Assembly (NCBI GenBank): GCA_963707025.1
Contig: CAVPOM010000004.1
Span: forward strand, 608,001-672,000
Reading direction: 5' to 3'
Length of the DNA: 64,000 nt
From: an uncultured Verrucomicrobiae bacterium
Lineage (GTDB): Bacteria > Verrucomicrobiota > Verrucomicrobiia > Limisphaerales > Palsa-1400
Below the pieces are notes generated by a model. That model ran no database searches and was not told the DNA's origin. It was given only the letters and a program-made list of their open reading frames with translations. This document shows positions 40,057 through 48,688 of this stretch, one piece after another (the stretch's first letter is position 1; each line of letters opens with the position of its first letter). The position numbers and the translations under genes are program-made.

Positions 40057-40782
40057 TCTTCAACGCCCGCTCCCCCCGCAGATGGCGCCAAGAGGGCATC
40101 GGCAGCCCTTGATGGCACACCGGATCTGCACAGCCCGGCTTGAGGTGCTAACGAGTGCGCGCCTTCGGTCATGTGGCGCAAGTCCACAGTATTCCGCTAG
40201 ACTTTTCAGGCGGCCACCCACTTCAAGCCAAGAGCGAACCAGCCAATGTCCCCAATTGGAGACACCCTTATGAATGCTGGGACCATTCCCGCACATGCGA
40301 ACAACAGCAGGAGTAGAGACGATCCCGCGGCATGCGAACCGTAATCAAGGGCAGCCCCCCAAACTTCGCTCAATTTAACGAAGACGGCGGCGGATGTGGA
40401 CCCCGGCACCTGCGGGGAAGCGTGGCAAGGACTCAGGATGCGGATTACCAGCCACCAAGTTCATGTTTCACGCAGGTGTACCACCCCAGATGGATAAACA
40501 AATTCAACTCCCGATTACCCCATCTAACCGCGCAAGGATCAAGTACGTCAAGTGAGCAAAAATAGCCAATGGGCTCCGCCGGATATTTCGGACCAATTCG
40601 AGATCACAGGGGTACCCAATCCCAGACTGCCGGGTGAATTCGGTTTTCTGTGCGTGGAATATGGCGCACCGGCATGAGATCGGTCCGACCACCCAGCGAG
40701 GGGCGGTCCAAGAGAAGTTCCAAGAGCAGAGGGCCTCTACAATCAAGACCGAAAATACGCCGAAAATAATTAAACCTACAAT

Positions 40783-40989
40783 GTGACCGTGAAAAAATTC
40801 GATATAGCCAAGTGGTTAGGCGCAGCCGATGCTGGCCGCTATCTGGGCTATAGTCGAGACTGGGTGGAGCGCCGGGCGCTGGAATGGCAGGATAAGCCGG
40901 CACCAGACCGTATCCGCTACAAAAAAGCCCGTTCAGACGGACGGCGCCGGTACTTCGTCCCCGACCTTGAGGCCCAGCTTTGTGAATAA
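40783..40989 (+). CDS. Putative excisionase (HTH)
   Basis: WLGAADAGRYLGYSRDWV...RRYFVPDLEA; convergent with the integrase. Confidence 0.7.
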   Translation: MTVKKFDIAKWLGAADAGRYLGYSRDWVERRALEWQDKPAPDRIRYKKARSDGRRRYFVPDLEAQLCE

Positions 40990-42186
40990 TTTTGCCCAGG
41001 CGTAGTCCTTCTTTTCCGCGGGCAGCCACTTCAGCTTCGGACCTTTTCCATGCAACCAGTGTTGCGGTATGACCCCGTAAGATTCCCGCAACGTCTCCAG
41101 TCCTCCCACCTGATTCAATTCTGCCGCGGTTTGGCTGTCATGGACTCCATTGCTACGGTTTACCAAAACGTAAAACCCCCGGCCGCCGTGTGATGTCAGT
41201 TTCTTGGTCAGCCGTCCGTCCTTGAACATCAATTCCAGCCGCTGCGTCAGGACCCCCTCCCCGACATGATCTGAGCTTCCGCGGCCCCCTGGAAAATACC
41301 AAGGGGTATCTGGGTACCGTTTTTTTGACCAAGCGTCCATTGCTGCGAGCAGCACTTGCCCGTCTGGATGCAAATAAATGCACGGGTTGTCCGCGTTTTT
41401 CTCCGCGCGTCGGACATACATGGAGTCCCCTTGGATGAAGCCGGGCTGTTCAGTGTCCTTTGCGTCGCGGCGCAGGGCCAGGGTTTCCCCAGTCCTCGTG
41501 CCAAAGAAATTCTCCCAAAGGAATTGCCAGCCAATCACCTCGCTGCGCTTATCCTCAAACAGCAGACCAGCGACGGTATGCACCTCCTCAGTGGAACTGC
41601 ACGCGACCTCTTTGGTTTTCCGGGCTTCGCTCGGGCTGTAATACCGGTCCCGTTTGGAAATAGGATTGACGATCAGCTTTTCCTGCCGCACGTTCCAATC
41701 CAACGCTTTCGAGAGGGTATTCAGTTCGAGGTCGGTAGTCCGGGCTCCGCCTGATCCCGCCTTGACGTTTTTCTTTCGCCAGGCGTGGTATTTATCCAAC
41801 AGGGCCGGGGCAAGTTCATCAACATATTTCCCTTCAAAAAACTCCTCGAGGCGAGGGACGGCATCTGCCTCGGTACGGCTGTGCTTCTCGCCAGGCTTTC
41901 GCATCTTGCCGCGCCGGATCGAAGCGAACTCGGCCTCTTCGTATGTTGACAGCGCGTCCGTGATCTTCAACCTGGGCAACTTCTCTTTCGCTGGCTCGAC
42001 CCCAAGTTTCGCTTCAGATTGTTTCCGTTCGTAGGCGTTTCGGAGGTCAGTGGCGATCGCCTTCCGCGTGGTCTCCAACGATTGATACGTATCTCTGCCG
42101 TCGGTGCAAATCCGGATGTAAAACATTTTGGAGCCAGTGTGCTGGTAAAGCATCCGCTCCCCGGAGACCTTGATGAGCTTTTTCAT
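40933..42186 (-). CDS. Tyrosine recombinase/integrase adjacent to tRNA-Arg
   Basis: N-terminal arm-binding-like segment; FGTRTGETLAL, SHGGRGFY, LRESYG. Confidence 0.88.
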   Translation of the reverse strand: MKKLIKVSGERMLYQHTGSKMFYIRICTDGRDTYQSLETTRKAIATDLRNAYERKQSEAKLGVEPAKEKLPRLKITDALSTYEEAEFASIRRGKMRKPGEKHSRTEADAVPRLEEFFEGKYVDELAPALLDKYHAWRKKNVKAGSGGARTTDLELNTLSKALDWNVRQEKLIVNPISKRDRYYSPSEARKTKEVACSSTEEVHTVAGLLFEDKRSEVIGWQFLWENFFGTRTGETLALRRDAKDTEQPGFIQGDSMYVRRAEKNADNPCIYLHPDGQVLLAAMDAWSKKRYPDTPWYFPGGRGSSDHVGEGVLTQRLELMFKDGRLTKKLTSHGGRGFYVLVNRSNGVHDSQTAAELNQVGGLETLRESYGVIPQHWLHGKGPKLKWLPAEKKDYAWAKLFTKLGLKVGDEVPAPSV

Positions 42187-42331
42187 GCGTCGTGTTTTAT
42201 GGACGGGTATTATACGGGTATTTTAGCTTTTCGTCAACGCTTTATGTTCGGCAGGGTTCCAGCTTTGCTTCAGGTCTGTTACTTAAACACCATGTTTACA
42301 AGTGGTTATGATGTGTATATTCCCGCGGAAG

Positions 42332-42409
42332 TGGTGCACACCAGATGGAGTTGAACCATCAACCTTCTGATCCGTAGTCAGATGCTCTATCCAATTGAGC
42401 TATGGGTGC
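42332..42409 (-). tRNA. tRNA-Arg (anticodon ACG), CCA encoded
   Basis: Cloverleaf GCACCCA TA GCTC..GAGC A TCTGA CTACGGA TCAGA AGGTT GATGG TTCAACT CCATC TGGTGTGC ACCA. Confidence 0.96.
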
Positions 42410-42577
42410 AATACCCTGATTATCAACCACTTGAGATGCTACAAAACGCGCGCGTGCGGCGCGATTTCAACATTTCACAGTCAGATTGTAGCTTGGAAGA
42501 TTTCGTCTGGCAAACAACAATTCGTCAAACTGTTCTCTTGTCACTATTCAGCACGCTGGGTTCATTATTCTTTCCAG

Positions 42578-43990
42578 CTATTCTTGCCAGCCGCCGCCCA
42601 GGGCCTTGATCAGGCGGATGGTGGCGGCGAAGCGGCGGCCGGTCAATTCGGCGGTTTGGCGTTCTTGTTGAAGTTGGGCGCGGCGGGCAGCCAGGACCTC
42701 AAATTGGGCGACACTGCCGGCGTCGTAACGGGCCTGGGTCAGTTCGGTGACGCGCCGGGCGGCCGCCAGGGCGTCGGCCAGGGCGCCGGCCTGCGCGGTC
42801 CAGAAGGTGATTTGGGCGAGGCTGTCTTCCACTTCCTTGAACGCGGTCAGGGCGGCTTGTTGATAGTTGGCCAGGCTCTCCTCATAGGCGGCCCGGGCTT
42901 GCCGGACTTGGGCGGCGGTGCGTCCGGCGGTAAAGAGGGGCAGGCTGGCGCCGGGGCCGAAGGAGAAGGCCAGGCTGTCCAGGTTGAAGAGGTTGCCGGC
43001 CTGGCCGCTGAGGTAGCCGGCCTGGCCTGTCAAGCGCACAACAGGAAACCAGGCGGCGCGGGCCGCGCCGATCTGGGCGCTTTTGGCGGCCAGGGTGCGT
43101 TCGGCGGCGGCGATGTCGGGGCGGCGTTCGAGAACGGAGGAGGGGAGGCCGGCCGGGACGGGCGGCGGCGCAGCGGCGGGCGGAAAATCTGTCAAGGTGA
43201 AGGAACTGGGGGCCTGGCCGCAGAGCAGGGCCAGGGCATCCAGGGTTTCGGCGCGCTGGCGGCGGAGATCGGCCAGGTCGGAGCGGGCGGCGGCCAGATC
43301 GCCCCTGGCCTGGGCGGCGTCAACCTCCGGGATGCTGCCGGCCTCGTAACGGGCCTGCAAAATGCGGACGGAGTCCTCGCGCAGTTGGATGTCGGCGGCG
43401 GCGGCGGCGAGCTGGCGGTCGAGGGAGCGGAGCAGGAAATAATTGACAGCGATGTCGGCGGTCAGGGTGAGGAGGATATTTTGGGTGTCGGCGACGGAGG
43501 CCTGGGCCTGGGCGCCGGCGGATTGGAAGGAGCGGCGGACCCGGCCCCAGAGGTCAACTTCATAGCTCAGGTCGAGGGGGACATTGTAGGTGTTCAGGTA
43601 AATGGGTTTCAACTGGAAAGGGATGTTGAAGGGGATGGGTTGGTTGCCGGAAGTGCGCTGGCGGCTGAAGGAGGGGTCGAGGGAAAGTTCGGGGAAGAAC
43701 TGGCTGCGGGTCAGGCGTGCGGCGGCGCGGGCCTGGTCCACGCGGGCCACGGCGGCGCGCAGGTTTTGGTTGCGGGCGATGGCGTTGGTTTCCAGGCCGG
43801 CGAGGACGGGGTCGTGGAACACATTCCACCAATCGCCCTTGGGGGCGGCGTCGCCCGGTTCGGCCGGTTTCCAATGCCAGTCGGCGGGAGCGAATTGGGC
43901 GGGGACGGGCGGCTGGTAATTTGGGCCGACGGTGCAGGAGGCGGTGACCAGAAAAAGGAGGCACGCGCTGGGAAGGGCCGGTGTTTTCAT
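42578..43990 (-). CDS. NodT/TolC-family efflux outer membrane lipoprotein
   Basis: Lipobox ASCTVGPNY, SYEVDLWG, RRPDIAAAE, LIKALGGGW. Confidence 0.93.
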   Translation of the reverse strand: MKTPALPSACLLFLVTASCTVGPNYQPPVPAQFAPADWHWKPAEPGDAAPKGDWWNVFHDPVLAGLETNAIARNQNLRAAVARVDQARAAARLTRSQFFPELSLDPSFSRQRTSGNQPIPFNIPFQLKPIYLNTYNVPLDLSYEVDLWGRVRRSFQSAGAQAQASVADTQNILLTLTADIAVNYFLLRSLDRQLAAAAADIQLREDSVRILQARYEAGSIPEVDAAQARGDLAAARSDLADLRRQRAETLDALALLCGQAPSSFTLTDFPPAAAPPPVPAGLPSSVLERRPDIAAAERTLAAKSAQIGAARAAWFPVVRLTGQAGYLSGQAGNLFNLDSLAFSFGPGASLPLFTAGRTAAQVRQARAAYEESLANYQQAALTAFKEVEDSLAQITFWTAQAGALADALAAARRVTELTQARYDAGSVAQFEVLAARRAQLQQERQTAELTGRRFAATIRLIKALGGGWQE

Positions 43991-43994
43991 AGAT

Positions 43995-45137
43995 TTAATC
44001 GAGGGTTTGACGGTAGCGTTTGAGGCCGATGGCCAGGACGACGGCGGTGAAAAGGGCAATGGGCCAGAGTTGCGGGGCGATCTCGGCCAGGCCGTTGCCT
44101 TTGAGGAGGATGCCGCGAACGACGCGCAGGAAATGGGTGAGGGGCAGGATTTCGCCCACGGCCTGAGCCCAATGGGGCATGCCGCGGAAGGGAAACATGA
44201 AGCCGGACAGGAGGATGGAGGGGAGAAAGAAGAACATGCCCATTTGCATGGCCTGCCGCTGGTTTTGGGCGATGGTGGAAAAGGTGATGCCCATGGAAAG
44301 ATTGGCGGCGATGAAAAGCAGGGCGGCGGCCAGGAGCAGGAAGAGGCTGCCGATGACCGGCACGTGGAAAAGGAAGCGGGCGGCGGCGAGCAGGAGGGCA
44401 ATTTGAATGTAGCCGACCAGGATGTAGGGAATGATTTTGCCAATCATTACTTCGAAGGGCCGGGTGGGCATGGAGAGCAGGTTTTCCATCGTGCCCGATT
44501 CGCGTTCGCGGGTGATGGCCAGGGCGGTGATCATGACCATGGTCATGGTCAGGACGACGCCGAGCAGGCCGGGAACGATGTTGTGCTGGGTGAGGCCCTC
44601 CGGGTTGTAAAGGGCGTGGACGCGCAAGGCGGCCGGGCCGCTGGCAGGGGCGAGGTAGGAGAGGGGACCCTTGAGGTCATTTTGCAGGGCGTTGTCCAGA
44701 AAAGCGGGCAGGGCGCCCAGGGCGTTGCCGGTGGCGGCGGGATCGGTGGCGTCGGCCTCGATGAGAATGGCGGGCCGGTCCCCGCGCAAAACATCGCGGT
44801 TGAAGTTTTGCGGGATATTGACGACGAACTGAACCTGGCCGCGGGCGAGAAGGTCGCGGCCCTGGGCTTCGGTTTTTACCTGGCGGACGAAGTCGAAGTA
44901 GGCGGTGTTCTGGATGGCGCTGAGCAGGGTGCGCTGGAACGGGCCCTCGTCGGCGAGGAGCAGGGCCGCGGGCAGGTGTTTGGGGTCGGAATTGATGGCG
45001 AAACCGAAAAGAATGAGTTGCAGGATGGGGATGCCGACCATCATGCCGAAGGTGAGGCGGTCCCGGCGCATCTGAATGAATTCCTTCAGGACCATGGCCT
45101 GGAAACGCGCCCAGGAGAATTGAGGACGGGTTTTCAT
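43995..45137 (-). CDS. ABC-2 transporter permease
   Basis: KEFIQMRRDR, REREsGTMENLL, PSILLSGFMFP. Confidence 0.93.
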   Translation of the reverse strand: MKTRPQFSWARFQAMVLKEFIQMRRDRLTFGMMVGIPILQLILFGFAINSDPKHLPAALLLADEGPFQRTLLSAIQNTAYFDFVRQVKTEAQGRDLLARGQVQFVVNIPQNFNRDVLRGDRPAILIEADATDPAATGNALGALPAFLDNALQNDLKGPLSYLAPASGPAALRVHALYNPEGLTQHNIVPGLLGVVLTMTMVMITALAITRERESGTMENLLSMPTRPFEVMIGKIIPYILVGYIQIALLLAAARFLFHVPVIGSLFLLLAAALLFIAANLSMGITFSTIAQNQRQAMQMGMFFFLPSILLSGFMFPFRGMPHWAQAVGEILPLTHFLRVVRGILLKGNGLAEIAPQLWPIALFTAVVLAIGLKRYRQTLD

Positions 45138-46060
45138 GGCGGGAAATTGGCGGGGGCCTGATCCATGAGGTGAATGAAAACATCCTCCAGGCTGGGCTGG
45201 ACTTGACTCCATTGCAGTGGCGGGGCGCGGAAGGGGGCGATGGCTTGTTGCAGGGCGGCGGGGTCGTCGCCGCTGACGTGGAGGACGGCGCCGAAGGCGG
45301 AGGCTTCTGTGACGCCGGGGCGCAGGCGGAGTTGGGCGGCGAGGCTGGTCAAATCCGGCCCTGCGACCGACCAGGTGACCAGGCGGGACAGGGCGATGAC
45401 TTGGGCGGCGGCGCCGTGGGTCAGGAGTTTGCCGCCGGCGATGAAGGCCAGGCGATGGCAGCGCTCGGCTTCGTCCATATAATGGGTGGCGATGAGAAAG
45501 GTCAGACCGCCGGCGGCGAGTTGATGGATTTGCTCCCAGAAATCGCGCCGGGCCTTGGGATCCACGCCGGCGGTGGGTTCGTCGAGCAACAGCAGTTTGG
45601 GGCGGTGCAGGACGCAGGCGGCCAGGGCCAGGCGCTGTTTCCAGCCGCCGGAAAGCTGGCCGGCCAGTTGATCTTTGCTCCGGGCCAGGCCGAGGCGGCC
45701 AATGCTTTCGCGCACGGCCTGGCGGCGATTGTTGACAGCATACATGCGCGCCACGAAGTCGAGGTTCTCTTCGACGGTCAAGTCCTCGTAAAAGCTGAAG
45801 CGCTGGGTCATGTATCCGACCTGCCGCTTGACGGCTTCGCTGTCGGTGATGACGTTGTGGCCGAGGCAAAAGCCCGCGCCCTCGTCCGGCCGCAGCAGGC
45901 CGCAGAGCATGCGGATGAAGGTGGTTTTGCCGCTGCCGTTGGGCCCGAGAAAGCCGCAGATTTCGCCGGCGCGGACCTGAAGATCAATGTGATCCACGGC
46001 GGTGAGCGGGCCGAAGCGCTTGGTCATGCCGCGGACATCAATGGAGAAATCTTCGGGCAT
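45134..46060 (-). CDS. ABC transporter ATP-binding protein
   Basis: GPNGSGKT, LSGGWKQR, LLLLDEPT. Confidence 0.95.
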   Translation of the reverse strand: MPEDFSIDVRGMTKRFGPLTAVDHIDLQVRAGEICGFLGPNGSGKTTFIRMLCGLLRPDEGAGFCLGHNVITDSEAVKRQVGYMTQRFSFYEDLTVEENLDFVARMYAVNNRRQAVRESIGRLGLARSKDQLAGQLSGGWKQRLALAACVLHRPKLLLLDEPTAGVDPKARRDFWEQIHQLAAGGLTFLIATHYMDEAERCHRLAFIAGGKLLTHGAAAQVIALSRLVTWSVAGPDLTSLAAQLRLRPGVTEASAFGAVLHVSGDDPAALQQAIAPFRAPPLQWSQVQPSLEDVFIHLMDQAPANFPP

Positions 46061-46062
46061 GG

Positions 46063-47040
46063 TCAGGGGCCGAACAGCACGTCCACGGGCTGGCCGGGAT
46101 GAAGATGGGCGGCGGCGGCGGCGTCAAAAACCGTCTCCACCATGAAGACCAGTTTGCCGCGGCTTTCCTGGCTGTAGATGACGGGGGGAGTGTATTCGGC
46201 CTGGGGCGAAATGAAGGAGACTTTGCCGGCCAGCGCCTGCGCCAGGCCGTCCAGGGTGACGCGGACCGGATCGCCGGGATGAATGGCCCCGACGCGGGCT
46301 TCCGCCACGAAGGCGCGGACTTTGACGTTTTCCGGCGGGAGCAGCGCGACCACCGGCAGGCCGGCGGCGACCCATTCGCCCGGACGATAGAGCGTGTCAA
46401 AAACAAGGCCGGCCGCGGGCGCGCTTTGACTTTTTTGCGACAAGTCCCAGTCGGCCCGGTCCAGGGCGGCTTGCAGGGCGCGGACGGCGGCGGCGGCGGC
46501 GGCGATTTGGTCTTCGCGGGAACCGGTTTGCGCGGTCTTTAAATCCGCTTCCAGTTGGGCGGCGCGCTGGCGGTCCTGGTCCCGGGTGGAACGGGCGCGG
46601 TCCAGGTCCTGCCGGGCGGAGCTTCCGGGAATGGCGTCGAGTTTTTCCTGGCGGTCCAGTTCCTGGTTTGCCAGGAGGAGGGCGGCTTGGGCCTGGTCGA
46701 GTTGGGCCTGGGCGGATTGGATTTCGGAAGGGCGTTTGCCCTTTTTCAAGTCGTCCAGCGTGGCGCGGCCCTGGGCCAATAGTTCGGCGGCCTGGTCGCG
46801 CGCCGCTTTCTCCGGGACATTGTCCAGGGCGAAGAGAGGATCGCCGGCCCTGACCTGGACGCCGCGCTGGACGGGGAGGGCCTGGAGCGTTCCGGCCACG
46901 GGGGAGGAGACATAAACAAATTCGCCCTCGACATAACCCTGCACGGCGGGGGCGGGCGGCCCGCCGCAAGCGGCCAGCAGGCCGCAGGCGGCGAGCAGCG
47001 GGAGCAGTTGGCGAAGGGGGGGTGAAGGTGAAGCAATCAT
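46063..47040 (-). CDS. HlyD-family efflux periplasmic adaptor
   Basis: QGYVEGE, coiled coil, AEYTPPVIYS, LHPGQPVDV. Confidence 0.92.
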   Translation of the reverse strand: MIASPSPPLRQLLPLLAACGLLAACGGPPAPAVQGYVEGEFVYVSSPVAGTLQALPVQRGVQVRAGDPLFALDNVPEKAARDQAAELLAQGRATLDDLKKGKRPSEIQSAQAQLDQAQAALLLANQELDRQEKLDAIPGSSARQDLDRARSTRDQDRQRAAQLEADLKTAQTGSREDQIAAAAAAVRALQAALDRADWDLSQKSQSAPAAGLVFDTLYRPGEWVAAGLPVVALLPPENVKVRAFVAEARVGAIHPGDPVRVTLDGLAQALAGKVSFISPQAEYTPPVIYSQESRGKLVFMVETVFDAAAAAHLHPGQPVDVLFGP

Positions 47041-47666
47041 AAGTGTGATTTTCCTTTCCTGACGACTACGCCGTGGAGGACTACCTTGAGGATGGCGGAA
47101 AAGGCGGTTTTCGGAGTGAGGCCAAGTTCGGCCATTTTGGGCGGATTGATGACGGCCTGGACCGCGCCGAGCAGAATTTCGATCATGAGAACGGCGGAGA
47201 TGTCGTGGCGGATGAGGCCGGCCTTGCGCCCCTCGGCAAAGAGCTTGCCGAGGTGGCGTTGAATGATGTCGCGGCGCCGGGTCTCGACCAATTGGAACAG
47301 TTCCGGCGCCGCCCGGCGGAGGTCGCGGACAAAGTGCGGCTGGATTTCGTCCGTATGCCGTTGCACCAGGGCCAGAAGTAGCCGGAGGGCGGCGCCAACG
47401 TCGGCGGAAGAGCGGGCGGTGACGCGGGCGAGGTCAGCGTCCACGTCGGCAAATTTGTGCAGGAGGACGGATTTGAGGAGGTCGTTCTTGCTGGGGAAAT
47501 GGGCGTAGAGCGTTTTCTTGCTCATGCCCAGCTCGGCGGCCAGGTCGTCCATGGTGACGTGACGGAAGCCGTTGGCCAGGAAATGGCGGCGCGCGCCGGC
47601 GATGATGCGCTGCCGGGCGGCGCGGACGGCGGGCCGGGGCGGGACGGTTTTCAACTGGCGTCTCAT
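47037..47666 (-). CDS. TetR/AcrR-family regulator
   Basis: TMDDLAAELGMSKKTLYAHFPSK. Confidence 0.95.
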   Translation of the reverse strand: MRRQLKTVPPRPAVRAARQRIIAGARRHFLANGFRHVTMDDLAAELGMSKKTLYAHFPSKNDLLKSVLLHKFADVDADLARVTARSSADVGAALRLLLALVQRHTDEIQPHFVRDLRRAAPELFQLVETRRRDIIQRHLGKLFAEGRKAGLIRHDISAVLMIEILLGAVQAVINPPKMAELGLTPKTAFSAILKVVLHGVVVRKGKSHL

Positions 47667-47690
47667 ATCCGGTTTCAGAGCGATAAACGC

Positions 47691-47731
47691 TGGAAACTAT
47701 TCCAGTATCCCTGGTTTCCACAATTTGTCAA
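47691..47731 (-). promoter_or_regulatory. Sigma-70-like promoter overlapped by a putative TetR operator
   Basis: TTGACA-16 nt-GATACT on minus strand; inverted repeat TGGAAAC-N16-GTTTCCA at 47691-47720. Confidence 0.6.
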
Positions 47732-47770
47732 GTCCGAAGACAGGGCGGCAGAGGCCTTCCCCCCTGGCCG

Positions 47771-47830
47771 GAACTGAAATTAACTGAAATCAGGTGAAAA
47801 CAAGCGAAATCAGGCGAAATTAACTGAAAA
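47771..47830. repeat. Six 10-bp phased tandem repeats
   Basis: gaactgaaat taactgaaat caggtgaaaa caagcgaaat caggcgaaat taactgaaaa. Confidence 0.85.
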
Positions 47831-48084
47831 TAATGGGACGCACCGGACGGTTGGGGCGGACGGGGCCGCCTGGGCGGAGGCGGGCCAACACGGTCGCGCG
47901 CCTGCGGCCCGGCCACCCAGGGCGCCGGGCGGCCGATGGGTTTGAACCCTCCGCCACGGCTCCCGCCTGCTGCGCCTTCTTCCATACTGAGGGCATAGTA
48001 GTGGTTAAATGCCATAGTGTCAATGGAAATGTTGGAGATTTTTAGCGCGGTTTCACAAATACTGCAGCCGCATTACGCGCCAGG

Positions 48085-48138
48085 GCGGGTCCCGAATTAT
48101 CGGGACCCGCTGCGGCGCGCACGGAGTGCGCGCCCTAC
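48085..48138 (-). repeat. GTAG-type REP-like palindrome plus adjacent perfect hairpin
   Basis: GTAG GGCGCGCAC TCC GTGCGCGCC (minus strand) next to GCGGGTCCCGA-atta-TCGGGACCCGC. Confidence 0.65.
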
Positions 48139-48289
48139 CATCGTCATTTAGGGCTGCACAACTTCTTAAACCGCCCTGGCCGGCTGGATTTCGGGGCGGC
48201 GGCAGGTGAGGACGGGGACGAACAGCGGGGCGGACCGGGGCAGGTTCGCCGGCCCGCTGCGCCGCTTGCGGCCGGGGCGGTTTTTCGGG

Positions 48290-48652
48290 TCATTTTCCCG
48301 GCTGGCCGGCCAGGGTGTTTTTCTGCTGCTGCAAGGCCTGGAGGGTGTCTGTATCGGCGGGTGGGATGACCTGGAGGAGTTGGTCAATGACGGCCATCTG
48401 CTGATTGAGCAGGGCGGGAGCGGCCGGCGTCCCTTGGGGAAGTGGCGGTTGAGGCGCGGGCGGAACGACGGCCTCCGGAGCAGGCGCGGGCGGGGGCGGG
48501 GATTTTTTGAAGGCGAGGCATGCCCCCGCGCCTCCCGTGAGGAGAAGGGCCAGGAGGATGATTGGAAAAAGGAGGGACGGCCGCGCCGGCTCTGGCGCGC
48601 GTCCGGCCCGGCCTGGTCCCGCCTTGGGAAGGTCTCCATTCATTCTTGGCAA
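48290..48652 (-). CDS. Small single-TM hypothetical protein
   Basis: Hydrophobic helix then Pro-rich linker; follows the PSD1 gene. Confidence 0.5.
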   Translation of the reverse strand: MPRMNGDLPKAGPGRAGRAPEPARPSLLFPIILLALLLTGGAGACLAFKKSPPPPAPAPEAVVPPAPQPPLPQGTPAAPALLNQQMAVIDQLLQVIPPADTDTLQALQQQKNTLAGQPGK

Positions 48653-48688
48653 CGGACTTGGTGAATTGAACCCGGCATGCGGGGAAAG

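Larger units (their letters stand above)
1..42331. mobile_element. Composite genomic island abutting the 3' end of tRNA-Arg(ACG); left boundary not seen in window
   Basis: Tyrosine integrase starts ~145 bp from the tRNA 3' end; several recombinases, defence genes and gene relics; housekeeping genes resume right after the tRNA. Confidence 0.85.

Noticed and set aside
1..42331. Intact prophage or complete ICE
   Set aside because: No capsid, portal, terminase, tail, relaxase or VirB4/T4SS genes recognised in the window
1..42331. Second att copy of the tRNA-Arg 3' end
   Set aside because: No convincing duplicate found by eye; probably left of the window, and a computational search is needed
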